A DNA stretch of 64,000 nucleotides from an uncultured Gammaproteobacteria bacterium (GTDB lineage Bacteria; Patescibacteriota; Microgenomatia; UBA12405): positions 2,056 to 66,055 of the forward strand of contig CAZIZX010000002.1 in NCBI GenBank assembly GCA_964544275.1, read 5' to 3'. The notes under the pieces are model-generated. The model was given only the letters and a program-made list of their open reading frames with translations. It searched no databases and was not told the origin of the DNA. Shown one piece after another: positions 1-9,488 of the stretch (within the stretch, counting starts at the first letter, position 1; every line of letters starts with the position of its first letter). A program made the translations under genes and the position numbers.

Positions 1-2953
1 GAAAGTAAGTATTGTTTGAGAAGGTTTGAGCTCCTGCCCAGGTATTGGCGTTAGCTAGATTGAGGGACAGTTGATTACCAGAGTTGGTGAGGGTGGAGTT
101 GTAGAAGACGGCAATGGTTCGGCCAACACCGGTACCACTGATTGTAATGCCAATGCCAGGAGTTAAAGTGGTTAAAAAGCTACCAGTTTGACCAATACCA
201 ACAAAGCCAGTAGAAGGGATGCCATTGAGGTAGTTGGCATTAAGATTAGTTACCAGATTAGTAGAACCAACAGAGACGAAGGTGGCACCAACAGAGAAGT
301 TGGCATTGGTTCGGACATTAGTAGCAGTAAGACTGATACCAGTACCTAAGATGTTGGTGAGATAAGAGGAATGACCAAAGGTAACGTTACCATTGTTACC
401 CATGAAGAGTGGGGATTTAACAGCAGTGGAAGCAGTTAGGGTATTGCCGACAGAGAGAGAGTTGCTAAAGACAGAGTTACCAGTGACGCCAATACCATTG
501 GAACTGACGAAGAGATTATAGGTAGCATGAGTAGTTCCAATACCGAGTTTAGTGGTGACAGTTTCACCATTAATATGAAGTCTGTAGAGAGGATTGGTGG
601 TGTTAATTCCAACGTTGGAAGCAAAGTAGGCTGTACCGCCAACATTTAAAGTGTTGGTTAAATTGGTTGTGCCACTAATCCCAATGCCATTAGTAAAGGT
701 GTGTAGTCCAGTCCAAACAGGAGTGTAGCCAAGGTTTAACCTAATATCGTGATTGACCAAGGTAATACCAATAGAGGCAGTATAGGTGCCGCCGATGCCT
801 GAGGTATTAGCTGGTATCCAAGAGGTATTACCGGAAGCGTCGGTTTGGAGAATATATCCCGATTGAGCACCTTGGGGGAGAGTGAGGGTGCCGCCGATAT
901 TGAGATTAGTGGTAATGTGAGCATTACCACTAATGTGAAGTTTAGCTTGAGGATTGGTGGTGCCGATACCTAAGTTAGTACCGTCGGCCCAAAGGTTGCT
1001 GGATTCGAGAATGATCTTGCCGGCATTAAAAGTTCTTAGAGTTAAATTACTGGAATTAAAAGGTTCGCCGGCTTGAAGGTAGAGGGGAGCACTGGATTTG
1101 ATATAGGATGCTGTTTGATTAGTAAAAAGTAAGTCATGGGACAGAGAGACATCACCACTGCTAGTAAAGGAAGAAGGCAGATTGAAAGTAGCATTGGTAT
1201 CAGTAATGTCAACCAGAGTGTTACCGGCGGTATCACCAATACGGAGAAGGGAACCGCTGCCGACCAGGTGAAGACGAGAGGTGGGAGAAGTAGTACCTAA
1301 GCCAATATTGTTGAGGAAGTAGGCAGGAGCAGTCCAGGTATTGGTAGAGCCGAGATTGAGTTCGAGAGTATAAGGGCCGGAGCCAGAACGGATGAGGGTG
1401 GAGTTAGTGGCGCTGTTGACAAAAGGAAGATTACTTATGGTGTAACCGGCAAGTTGGTTAGCATTGATAATGCCGGTGCCGGCGAAGGTTAGTGAGGCGC
1501 CGGTGCCAATTGTCATTAGGGCTTGGGTGTTGGTGCCGGTAGTGATACCGGAGAAGGGAACTGAAGAGGCGCCGACACTGCTTGAGGGAGAGACCCAGAT
1601 GGGGGATTGACCAGGTCCGCGGGTTTGAAGGATGTAACCATTGGTACCAGGATTGAGGTTGGTTAGGTTTGATCCATTTCCATAGATAATTGATCCAGTT
1701 GTAGCGTTTAATCCGGCTAATAAATTTAATTCGGAAGCCGAGGAGGTGACGATGGTGCTACCGATTGATATATTTTGAGTGAGTAGGGTGGAACCAACCT
1801 GGAGGTTTCTAAAGACATTGGTATCGCCGTAGGCGTTGACAGAGAAACGGGATTGGAGTTGGGTGGTACCGATATTGAAGTTTTGAAAGTCGATAAAGTT
1901 GTAGCTGCGGTTGGTGTTGCGGATTTCACCCTGAAACAAATTACCTGAAGCTAAATTAGCATTGGAGGCATAGATAAAACCGCCAACTCCGGAAGGGGTG
2001 TTGCCTTCGGTAGTAAGTTTGATGACACCGTTGGCGTCGGGATTAATTTCAATGTTGCCTCCGGAGCCGTCATTGGCTTTGAGTAGTAAAGCTTCGCCTT
2101 TGAGGGCAAATATACCATTATCGGAATAGATGGAGGGACTTTCTTCGCCCAGGTAGATATCACCACTATCACCGATGACTAGCACAGTATTTTTTAGACC
2201 GCTAGCAGATGGAGGGAGACCTTGTAAGGTTTCTGAGTTTAGGGCGTAGGCAACGGTGGCGATTTGCTGGCGTTTGTCCATGGGTTCACCGCCAACGGCG
2301 ATGTCGAGCCAGACTTCGGCGTTTTCGGAAAAAACTTCCGGGGGGATTTCGTCTCCATGGGTCTTGCCGATAATTACCGAGAAGATACCGTTGTCGTCGG
2401 GATGAACGATGGTGCTGCCAATGCCGTTGCCGGTGCCGTAATCAGTCCAAGAATCATAAAGCGGAGGATCACCCATACCGGTAGTGCCGATATCGTAGAG
2501 CTTGAATTGAATGGCGGTGGGAGAGGTTATCGGATTGCCAACCCGGTCGGTGAGACGACCCTGGAAGGAGAGTTGGCGTCCGGGACGGGTCATTTCGGAA
2601 CTGGATGAGTAGGCTAGTTCTTGTTTGGCTTTAAGGTATGTTTGAGTGTAGATACCGACACCGAGGGCAGAAATAATTATGAAAATAAGGGCGCTTAGTA
2701 AATATTTATTAAAATGCCTACCGGGTAGTTTGGAGTCGGGAGTTATAGGATAAGAGGTTTGAGTTGTCGGGTTATAGCTTATAGGTTGAGAGGTGACGGT
2801 TTTGGGTAGGAAAGATTTTTTTTGGAGGAATTTTTTGAAAGAGACGAGAGAAGAAAGTTTTCTTTTGATTGAAGCATCAGATAAGCTCTGAGACTTGAGA
2901 AAGTCTGTATATTTGTTTATTTGATCTTGGTTTAATAGTTGATCAAGTTTCAT
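1..2953 (-). CDS. Giant membrane-anchored fibre/adhesin-like protein (3' partial, >984 aa) with N-terminal half integrase core-binding-like segment, one TM helix and tail-fibre-like repeats
   Basis: Not in the ORF track because it runs off the window. Manual translation from ATG 2953 has no stop to position 2: MKLDQLLNQDQINKYTDFLKSQSLSDASIKRKLSSLVSFKKFL..., TM LLSALIFIIISALGVGI (~aa 85-101), RQLSFQGRLTD...RQQIATVAYALNSETLQG, repeats G[IL][GN]TTxPxxxLH, GYILQT..W and LNL...W. Confidence 0.9.
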   Translation of the reverse strand, partial: MKLDQLLNQDQINKYTDFLKSQSLSDASIKRKLSSLVSFKKFLQKKSFLPKTVTSQPISYNPTTQTSYPITPDSKLPGRHFNKYLLSALIFIIISALGVGIYTQTYLKAKQELAYSSSSEMTRPGRQLSFQGRLTDRVGNPITSPTAIQFKLYDIGTTGMGDPPLYDSWTDYGTGNGIGSTIVHPDDNGIFSVIIGKTHGDEIPPEVFSENAEVWLDIAVGGEPMDKRQQIATVAYALNSETLQGLPPSASGLKNTVLVIGDSGDIYLGEESPSIYSDNGIFALKGEALLLKANDGSGGNIEINPDANGVIKLTTEGNTPSGVGGFIYASNANLASGNLFQGEIRNTNRSYNFIDFQNFNIGTTQLQSRFSVNAYGDTNVFRNLQVGSTLLTQNISIGSTIVTSSASELNLLAGLNATTGSIIYGNGSNLTNLNPGTNGYILQTRGPGQSPIWVSPSSSVGASSVPFSGITTGTNTQALMTIGTGASLTFAGTGIINANQLAGYTISNLPFVNSATNSTLIRSGSGPYTLELNLGSTNTWTAPAYFLNNIGLGTTSPTSRLHLVGSGSLLRIGDTAGNTLVDITDTNATFNLPSSFTSSGDVSLSHDLLFTNQTASYIKSSAPLYLQAGEPFNSSNLTLRTFNAGKIILESSNLWADGTNLGIGTTNPQAKLHISGNAHITTNLNIGGTLTLPQGAQSGYILQTDASGNTSWIPANTSGIGGTYTASIGITLVNHDIRLNLGYTPVWTGLHTFTNGIGISGTTNLTNTLNVGGTAYFASNVGINTTNPLYRLHINGETVTTKLGIGTTHATYNLFVSSNGIGVTGNSVFSNSLSVGNTLTASTAVKSPLFMGNNGNVTFGHSSYLTNILGTGISLTATNVRTNANFSVGATFVSVGSTNLVTNLNANYLNGIPSTGFVGIGQTGSFLTTLTPGIGITISGTGVGRTIAVFYNSTLTNSGNQLSLNLANANTWAGAQTFSNNTYF

Positions 2954-3569
2954 AAGGCTTATGAGCCAGTATATTTTTTAGCCAATTAAGCCCGGATTTA
3001 TTTTTTTCAGTGCTCACGCGTTGTGCTTCGCTTACATGATTGTGCTCTGAAAAAATAAATACCTGGTTATTATCGTTTTTGTGTTGTTTGGCCCAGGTGA
3101 GGTATTGGTGAATATCATTGATATAGTTTTTGATAGTTGTTGAAGTTTTTTTGTGCTGGAGAAGGTAGTTTTGGTAACGGGAAATTAGGCTGTCCAGGTC
3201 GGTGGTTTGGGGTGAGGCTAAGTTTTTCTTTTGTTGTTTTAGAAATGATTTGACGGGGTTTTGAGAAATTATGTTTTGATCAATGGCAAATTGGCAGAAT
3301 AGAGAAAGGCTTGCTAGAAACCTTTTGGAGTTTTTTTGGTTGTAAATTTGGAGGATATAAGCGTTTATGAGTTGTGAGGAAAAGAGATGTTTGGGGTCAT
3401 CGGCGATATCAGCCAGGAGAGTGGGATTGGTTGATTTTGTATCAGTTGATTGAGCGGTGGTGGAAACAAAGTTGAGGTACTTGTTGGTGTCGGCCAAGTA
3501 GTTTCGAATTGTGTTTTTATTATAGTTTTTGCTTTTGAGCCAGTTTTGGTAAGAGTGAATGAAGGTCAT
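2943..3569 (-). CDS. Tyrosine-recombinase N-terminal (SAM-like/core-binding) domain protein without catalytic domain
   Basis: YQNWLKSKNYNKNTIRNYLADTNKYLNF...KRFLASLSLFCQF...NPV, then a second YQNYL...TTIKNYINDIHQYLTW; 208 aa, no R-H-R-Y catalytic region. Confidence 0.8.
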   Translation of the reverse strand: MTFIHSYQNWLKSKNYNKNTIRNYLADTNKYLNFVSTTAQSTDTKSTNPTLLADIADDPKHLFSSQLINAYILQIYNQKNSKRFLASLSLFCQFAIDQNIISQNPVKSFLKQQKKNLASPQTTDLDSLISRYQNYLLQHKKTSTTIKNYINDIHQYLTWAKQHKNDNNQVFIFSEHNHVSEAQRVSTEKNKSGLNWLKNILAHKPYET

Positions 3570-3584
3570 GGGCAGGGGTGAGAG

Positions 3585-3689
3585 TTATCTCCAAAGCCAC
3601 ATGAAGCAAGTGGCGATGATTAAGAAGGGAACCAGCTTCTCCAGCATCGGAGATAAACTTTTAGCTTTAGAATTATATTTTTTATACAT
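3585..3689 (-). CDS. Putative 34-aa single-TM small protein
   Basis: MYKKYNSKAKSLSPMLEKLVPFLIIATCFMWLWR*; basic N-terminus, hydrophobic C-terminus; stop is 15 nt before the next ATG (3569). Confidence 0.45.
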   Translation of the reverse strand: MYKKYNSKAKSLSPMLEKLVPFLIIATCFMWLWR

Positions 3690-4350
3690 GTTTATATGAT
3701 TTTTTTTGGCGCTTGCCAGTTTTTATAACTAATATATTTATCTACTATAAAAAAAAGCCTGTCAACAGGCACTTTTGAGCTAATTATTGATATGTTTTGA
3801 TAGTATGATTTGATTGATTATTTACCGATATTTATTTGCGGTAAAATTTCACAAGCTTTTACACGGGTGGTACACCTACTTGCAAAATATTACAAAATGG
3901 TTGAATATGGATAAAAATAGGTAGAGAGTGAAAATCAGGAATGCGGAGAAGTGCGGAATATAATAAATGTTTCTAATTGATATAGAAATAAAGTATTTAA
4001 CAGGACGGAGTGTGGTCGGGTTCGAGGCAGAACGGAACAGTAAAAATGATGGTTTAATTGTTGGTCGTAGACCTGGAGTAGAGGCGAGGTGTGGACAATG
4101 AGTGTATCTAAATAAAACAAACGGGGAAAATTGGTTTGTGTGTTGGTTGAGGTGGATTCTGCAATGTGATTATCCGGTGAACGGGTAAGTGTGGAGTGGG
4201 AATAGTTAATAAATTCAGTAATATAGAGAAAAAGTGGTTAATGTCTTTGTTAGCAGAAGCAAGCGGTAGTTGTTAAATTAGACATAAATTGGTTGTTTTG
4301 GAGAACAGCTATTGATTTTTGGGGATAAATGAATTAAATTTAGATAGTTT

Positions 4351-4767
4351 ATGAATAAAAATACTTTGATGGTAGTGGGTGGAATAGTATTTGGTTTGGT
4401 GGGATTGTATTTTATTGCCAGTGAAGCAGTGCCCCGAGTGATGGTGACAATGACTCGGGCAGCGCCGGAGAAAAATATAGATTTGCAGAGCTCTCATATT
4501 ATAGGTGAGAAGTTACTGGCGAGAGCAGATGGGAAAGAGGCATGTGTTATTAATGTTTTTATCATGGATAAAAATGGAATGGGAGTGGCTGGGAAGAGGG
4601 TAGAATTGACTGGAGCAAAAGAGGCGAAGACTTTGAATGAGATTACTGACAAAAACGGAAAAGTGAGTTATCAAGTTACTTCAGCGATTGAAGGTCAGTT
4701 TAAGTTGAGTGCGAGTGTTGAAGGGGTGCCGATGGGAAAAGAACTGACGGTGACGTTTAGGGACTGA
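4351..4767 (+). CDS. Membrane-anchored Ig-like (Big_1/invasin-type) protein
   Basis: N-terminal TM; ARADG..A.INVFIMD.NG.GV.G..V.L...TD.NG; paralog of 11411..11827. Confidence 0.7.
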   Translation: MNKNTLMVVGGIVFGLVGLYFIASEAVPRVMVTMTRAAPEKNIDLQSSHIIGEKLLARADGKEACVINVFIMDKNGMGVAGKRVELTGAKEAKTLNEITDKNGKVSYQVTSAIEGQFKLSASVEGVPMGKELTVTFRD

Positions 4768-4788
4768 TTACATAAGGAGAAGTAAGAG

Positions 4789-7700
4789 CTAATTGAATGA
4801 GACGGCGCCGTTGTTGTAGATGATTTTGATTTGTTCAGAGGTGAGAGGGTAGTTGTAAATGCGGATGTCATCGATTTGGCCGTTGAAGTTTTGGTTATAA
4901 ACCCTGCCAAATGCCGATGCCGCGCTATAATCTTGGATGCCAAGACCGGTGTGTGTGATGTTTTTGTCAAGTTTTCCGTTGATGTAGAACCGGCAGCCCA
5001 CTCCTCCTTCAATAACAAAAGCTACGTGTACCCACTCGTTTGCTGTTATAGAAGAATTTGATTCAGGCCAGTAGTTTACTCCTCCGGTAATATCTCCTAT
5101 CATTAGTCTCAGTCTCCGGTTGCCAGCATTATCCCGTACTTGGAAGTAGTGATAGCCAGCCATATATTGAGAAAATCCGTTAGCAATTGTTCCTGATTCA
5201 TGTGATTTTATCCAGAAGCTTGAGGTCGAAGATCCGTACGAGCCTCCATAGAGTGCCGGGTTATTTAATCCTTTGCCATTGAGGTTTACTTCGTCGTCGA
5301 TTCCATCAAAATTTATGCTGGAGTTTAGTTTTCCGTTTTGGCCATTTCCCCAAGCGGTAGCAGGAATGTCGCAGGTGCCAACACTAACTTGGGTGCCACC
5401 GACACCAACATTGAGGGTGCCGTGATAGTTATTGCCGGAAGAATCATGGATGGTGGTACCCTGACATTCATCTGCTTTCCAGTGAGCAATGGGAGCGCCG
5501 TGGTTATAGTCGTAAGCGATTTGGGCAGGAGTGCGGGCGTAATTGTAGATGCGAACATCGTCAATAGTACCGTTATATGAGTTGTTTTCCCAGACATTAT
5601 TTCCGATGTTTAGTTCATAGGCCCAGTTTCTAAGTCCGTTTTCGAAGTAGTCAGAATCAATATAAATACCATTCAGGAAGAGGGATCCGGTTGAAGTGGT
5701 GGTATCAAAAACGAAAGATGCGTAATACCATTGACCAAAATTTATTGAAGTTGAAGCAGATTCCCATCCACCATTTCCGTTTTGTAGGGTATAGCCAACT
5801 GTTCCGTTGTCGTTTACATTTAGGATAGACACACTACTTCCTCCACTAACCCCAGAACCAAGGAGGCTGGCACTTTTTGTATTTGGTTTAAACCAGACAT
5901 GAGCAGTAAAAGAGGTGTTGTTGCCAATGAAATTAGACATGCTGCTTATGGCTCGAATGTAATTAGAGTCACCGCCGTCAAACTGAACAGCGGCACCATT
6001 ATGGCCGGTGGTCCAAAAAGGGCTGGAGTTGCCGATACCAAAATTTCCATGCCTGTTGTTACCACTGGTGTCAAAAGCAGTAGAGCCAATATTTTCTTCA
6101 AATTTCCATTCAGCTATGGGGGGATCACAGTGAGAAGTATCACCAGGGATACAGTAGTCAAGAGAAGTGGTAGTACCACCGATGTTTTGGGTAGAAGAAC
6201 CCATGACAAAAGCAGAACCCTGATTCATGTCAAGTTTGATTTGGTCTTGAGTGAGAGCATAATCGTAGATTTTGACTTCGTCGAGATAGCCGTAGAGGGA
6301 TTGTTCGGTAATGGTGGAACTGTACCAGGTGTTGCGACCTAATTGGGGTACAATTAGAATATTTTGGTTTGAACGACTAGAGATATCGCTTTGGCCATTC
6401 AGATGACCATTGATAAAAAATTGACCAGTACCGGTGCGATTGGCGACGTAGACAACGTGATACCACCGACCCGGTTCTAGAGTTGAACTAGAATCATGAA
6501 CCCACCCAGTATAGGTGGCGCCGGTGTAACACCGAGCCGATAAGCTTCTTGAAGAATTGATTCCAAATTGAAAACTGTCGGTTGCTCCAGTACTAACAAT
6601 GCCGCCTCGATATGCATCATCGGGAGGGTTTGGCCGGATGTAAATCCAAGTGGAGACTGAGAAATCGGAGGTACCGATTTGAATATTACTTCTGCCTGTG
6701 TGATCTCCATTGCCATTAAAACTTAAAGCTTTACCGAATTTACCTTCTATCCAGGAAGGTGATAAAAGGTTAATGTCGAGACTAGGACCGATGGTGCCAG
6801 AATTTTTGGCAATAGAACCAAAACCGTCGTCAAGACGCCAGTGAGTGATGGGAGGGGAGAGCTGTGAGGTTCCTAGGGGAGAGCCGAGAATAGCCGAAGA
6901 ACCTTTAGATGTAGAAATGCCGGAGAGTCCGTTGTTGTAGTCGGTTAGAATTTGTTGCGGGGTACGGGTGTAGGAATAAATTTTTACTTCGTCAATGAGA
7001 CCGTCAAATTTGTAATTATTAAGGTAAGTGTTGGACCATTGTCCTACTAATATTTTGTCCAACCTAAAGTCTACTTGTTTTGAGAGTGTCCACTCGCCGT
7101 CTTTTTTTCCATTTATAAAAAACGTTACGGAGTTTTGGTTATGTTTATAAATTAATGTTATGTGTGTCCAGGTATTAGCTGTGATGGTATAAGTACTTTG
7201 TTTTGAATTGTATTCTCTTGTTCCATCGGTGTAACCAATTGATATTGAAAATTTGTTTCCATTTTGGTTGATACCAATATTTGAGGTGCTGGAGTGGTTG
7301 TGTGTAGTTAATATGCCGCGTAGGCCACTTGTAATATGTGGGTAGACCCAGGTTGAAAATGTTTGATCACCATTTAATAGAATATTGCCATTACTTCTAG
7401 TGTAATTGTTTGATGTTGAATCAAAATATAAACAATTATTGGATATACAATTTTCTCCAGTTTGCCAAGTGGCGCCAGTAATCGTACCGTGATTGATACC
7501 ACTGGAATCATAAGCTGTAGTTCCCACTCCTTCATCAAATTTCCAGTGAGCAATGGGGGCAGGGGAAAGTTCTTCGGACTGGGGAGTAGATTCGGGATCG
7601 GAAGATGCATATTTTCTCAACCTAACATTGTCAATGTCGATAGAGCAGGTTGTGCCTGGTGACAAATAAATTCTTGTTGGTAGATGTAGAGAGGAGCTTC

Positions 7701-8601
7701 CACTATTAATTGTTTCTGTTTTTTTTGCTAAATAGTTGTTGTTTTCATACACGGAAATACCTGTTGATTCTTGTACAATTTTTGTGTTTACGAAAGTGCC
7801 TCCAGCAGAGATAATAGAATTTGCAATATCAACCCACCCACTAGAATAGTATTGCCATTTATTTGTTGACGATGTTTTTCTTAAATCGAAACCACCAACA
7901 GAAGATTTAAATCCCAAAAGCATTTCTGCTGATGTGCAAGTATTTATTCTGATTTTTAACTCAGTAACTCTAAAGTTATTGAAGGAATTGTTTGACCGGA
8001 GAGTGTTGGAATAATAGTCTGTCGTGCCTAAATATGAGCCGCTTTTATTAAGCACCTGATTTGCTTCTGTGGTAGTAATTGGACTAGCATCATCGTCAAC
8101 AAACCACTTGTCGGTATCTATGGAATTATCATCAAAGTTATCAAAGAGTTCAAAGACCAAGTTGCCATCTTCAACATTAGTAGCTGAGGAATTGCCGTAG
8201 TAAACAAAAATGGTGGTGCCGGAAGAGGGCAGGATGGGGGCTTTAGTCCAGATTTTAGTTTCGGCTTGGCCACAGCCAGGATTACCTTCTTCAATCCAGT
8301 GGGGCAAGAGGCTGCCATTTTGATCAGTAATTCTAATATCGGAGCAGTCATTGTTAAACTTGGTGGTATCAGTAGTATCGAGAGTCAGGGAGACTTGAAA
8401 ATCAGTTAAGTCAGAACCGGAAGAATTATCAATGTTAATAGCCCGTCTAAATCTCCAGGTCTCGTTCCACCATGAAGCTTCAACTAAATTTTGGGGTTTC
8501 TGGGTAATTCTGACTAGAGCAACAATGCCAATTAACAAGAAGACGATAATGGTTAAAAGAGTCTTGTAGGAAAAAGAATTAAGAGAGAACTTTTTTGTCA
8601 T
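4789..8601 (-). CDS. DUF2341 plus four LamG-like (concanavalin-fold) domain surface protein
   Basis: N-terminal TM, WWNETWRFRRAI..DFQV..DIRITD (DUF2341-type), four PIxxWxxDE...D[DE][VI]xIYxY repeats. Confidence 0.85.
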   Translation of the reverse strand: MTKKFSLNSFSYKTLLTIIVFLLIGIVALVRITQKPQNLVEASWWNETWRFRRAINIDNSSGSDLTDFQVSLTLDTTDTTKFNNDCSDIRITDQNGSLLPHWIEEGNPGCGQAETKIWTKAPILPSSGTTIFVYYGNSSATNVEDGNLVFELFDNFDDNSIDTDKWFVDDDASPITTTEANQVLNKSGSYLGTTDYYSNTLRSNNSFNNFRVTELKIRINTCTSAEMLLGFKSSVGGFDLRKTSSTNKWQYYSSGWVDIANSIISAGGTFVNTKIVQESTGISVYENNNYLAKKTETINSGSSSLHLPTRIYLSPGTTCSIDIDNVRLRKYASSDPESTPQSEELSPAPIAHWKFDEGVGTTAYDSSGINHGTITGATWQTGENCISNNCLYFDSTSNNYTRSNGNILLNGDQTFSTWVYPHITSGLRGILTTHNHSSTSNIGINQNGNKFSISIGYTDGTREYNSKQSTYTITANTWTHITLIYKHNQNSVTFFINGKKDGEWTLSKQVDFRLDKILVGQWSNTYLNNYKFDGLIDEVKIYSYTRTPQQILTDYNNGLSGISTSKGSSAILGSPLGTSQLSPPITHWRLDDGFGSIAKNSGTIGPSLDINLLSPSWIEGKFGKALSFNGNGDHTGRSNIQIGTSDFSVSTWIYIRPNPPDDAYRGGIVSTGATDSFQFGINSSRSLSARCYTGATYTGWVHDSSSTLEPGRWYHVVYVANRTGTGQFFINGHLNGQSDISSRSNQNILIVPQLGRNTWYSSTITEQSLYGYLDEVKIYDYALTQDQIKLDMNQGSAFVMGSSTQNIGGTTTSLDYCIPGDTSHCDPPIAEWKFEENIGSTAFDTSGNNRHGNFGIGNSSPFWTTGHNGAAVQFDGGDSNYIRAISSMSNFIGNNTSFTAHVWFKPNTKSASLLGSGVSGGSSVSILNVNDNGTVGYTLQNGNGGWESASTSINFGQWYYASFVFDTTTSTGSLFLNGIYIDSDYFENGLRNWAYELNIGNNVWENNSYNGTIDDVRIYNYARTPAQIAYDYNHGAPIAHWKADECQGTTIHDSSGNNYHGTLNVGVGGTQVSVGTCDIPATAWGNGQNGKLNSSINFDGIDDEVNLNGKGLNNPALYGGSYGSSTSSFWIKSHESGTIANGFSQYMAGYHYFQVRDNAGNRRLRLMIGDITGGVNYWPESNSSITANEWVHVAFVIEGGVGCRFYINGKLDKNITHTGLGIQDYSAASAFGRVYNQNFNGQIDDIRIYNYPLTSEQIKIIYNNGAVSFN

Positions 8602-8621
8602 CTAGAATAGTTTACCCCAGA

Positions 8622-9488
8622 TCAGGGATGGACAGGATAGACTTTGCCATTTATTTCTTCGACAAGATTGTTGAGAGACATTAGTGAGACTTGGATGGAG
8701 AGATCTGAAACCGAGAGGTGAAGGCGAGGGGAGAGCTCGTCTATCGTGAGGGGTTCGGAAGAGACAAGGTCAATAATTTTTTGTTCGAGTGGAGAGAGTG
8801 AGGATGGGGATGAGGGTAGGGAAAGTTGCTTGATGCCGACAATATCCTGAGGAGAAGTTACCAGTTGAGCTTGATTGGTTTTGATGAGTTGGTTGGTACC
8901 GGAAGATAACGAAGAGGTGATAGGGCCAGGGATGCAAAAAAGAGGCTTGTTCTGTTTGAGAGCCAGGCGGGCGGTAATAAGCGAACCGGATTTGTGGTTG
9001 GCTTCGATGATGAGAACGCCTAAAGTGGAAAGGCCGGAAACGATACGATTGCGTTGAGGAAAAGACCAAAGAGTCGGTTTGAAATCAGGCTCGAATTCAG
9101 AAATAATCAGGCCGTTGTTGTCGATAATTTGGGAGAAAAGAGGGTTGTTTTCGGGAGGGTAGGGGTGGTTAAGGCCACTGCCCAGAACGGCGATAGTTTG
9201 GCCCCCGCAGTTTAGAGTTTCCTGATGGGCCAGAGTGTCAATACCGTACATAAATCCGGAAACGATGGTTATATTTTGTTGTATTAGCAGAGGAATGAAT
9301 TGTTTGATAACTTGGTGGCCGTAAGTAGTGGATCGACGGGAACCGACGATGGCAAGAGTATTTTGGAAGAGATTTGGATTGAAAGTCCCGGAATAGTAAA
9401 GTTTTTTAACTTTAGGCTTGATAGTAAGTAAGCTTGAAGGAAAATCGGGGTGGTCAGGGGTAAGGGTGTTAACAGGATAGGTTTTCAT
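8622..9488 (-). CDS. dprA: DNA-processing protein DprA
   Basis: AIVGSR, VSGFMYGID..AH, FPQRNRIVSGLS, EA..KSGSLITA; start moved to ATG 9488. Confidence 0.95.
   Translation of the reverse strand: MKTYPVNTLTPDHPDFPSSLLTIKPKVKKLYYSGTFNPNLFQNTLAIVGSRRSTTYGHQVIKQFIPLLIQQNITIVSGFMYGIDTLAHQETLNCGGQTIAVLGSGLNHPYPPENNPLFSQIIDNNGLIISEFEPDFKPTLWSFPQRNRIVSGLSTLGVLIIEANHKSGSLITARLALKQNKPLFCIPGPITSSLSSGTNQLIKTNQAQLVTSPQDIVGIKQLSLPSSPSSLSPLEQKIIDLVSSEPLTIDELSPRLHLSVSDLSIQVSLMSLNNLVEEINGKVYPVHP

Noticed and set aside
436-2608. Short ORFs in the track across 436-2608
   Set aside because: Alternate-frame or antisense shadows of the giant minus-strand ORF starting at 2953.
2943-2980. Programmed frameshift fusing the CB gene to the fibre gene
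   Set aside because: The downstream frame is open only about 8 codons before its ATG and no clear slippery site or structure is present; translational coupling is simpler.
2943-3569. Integrase of a prophage or integrative element
   Set aside because: No catalytic domain, att repeats or phage genes nearby; treated as a domesticated domain.
4789-8601. Diversity-generating retroelement target
   Set aside because: No reverse transcriptase and no TR/VR pair differing at adenines seen in the window.
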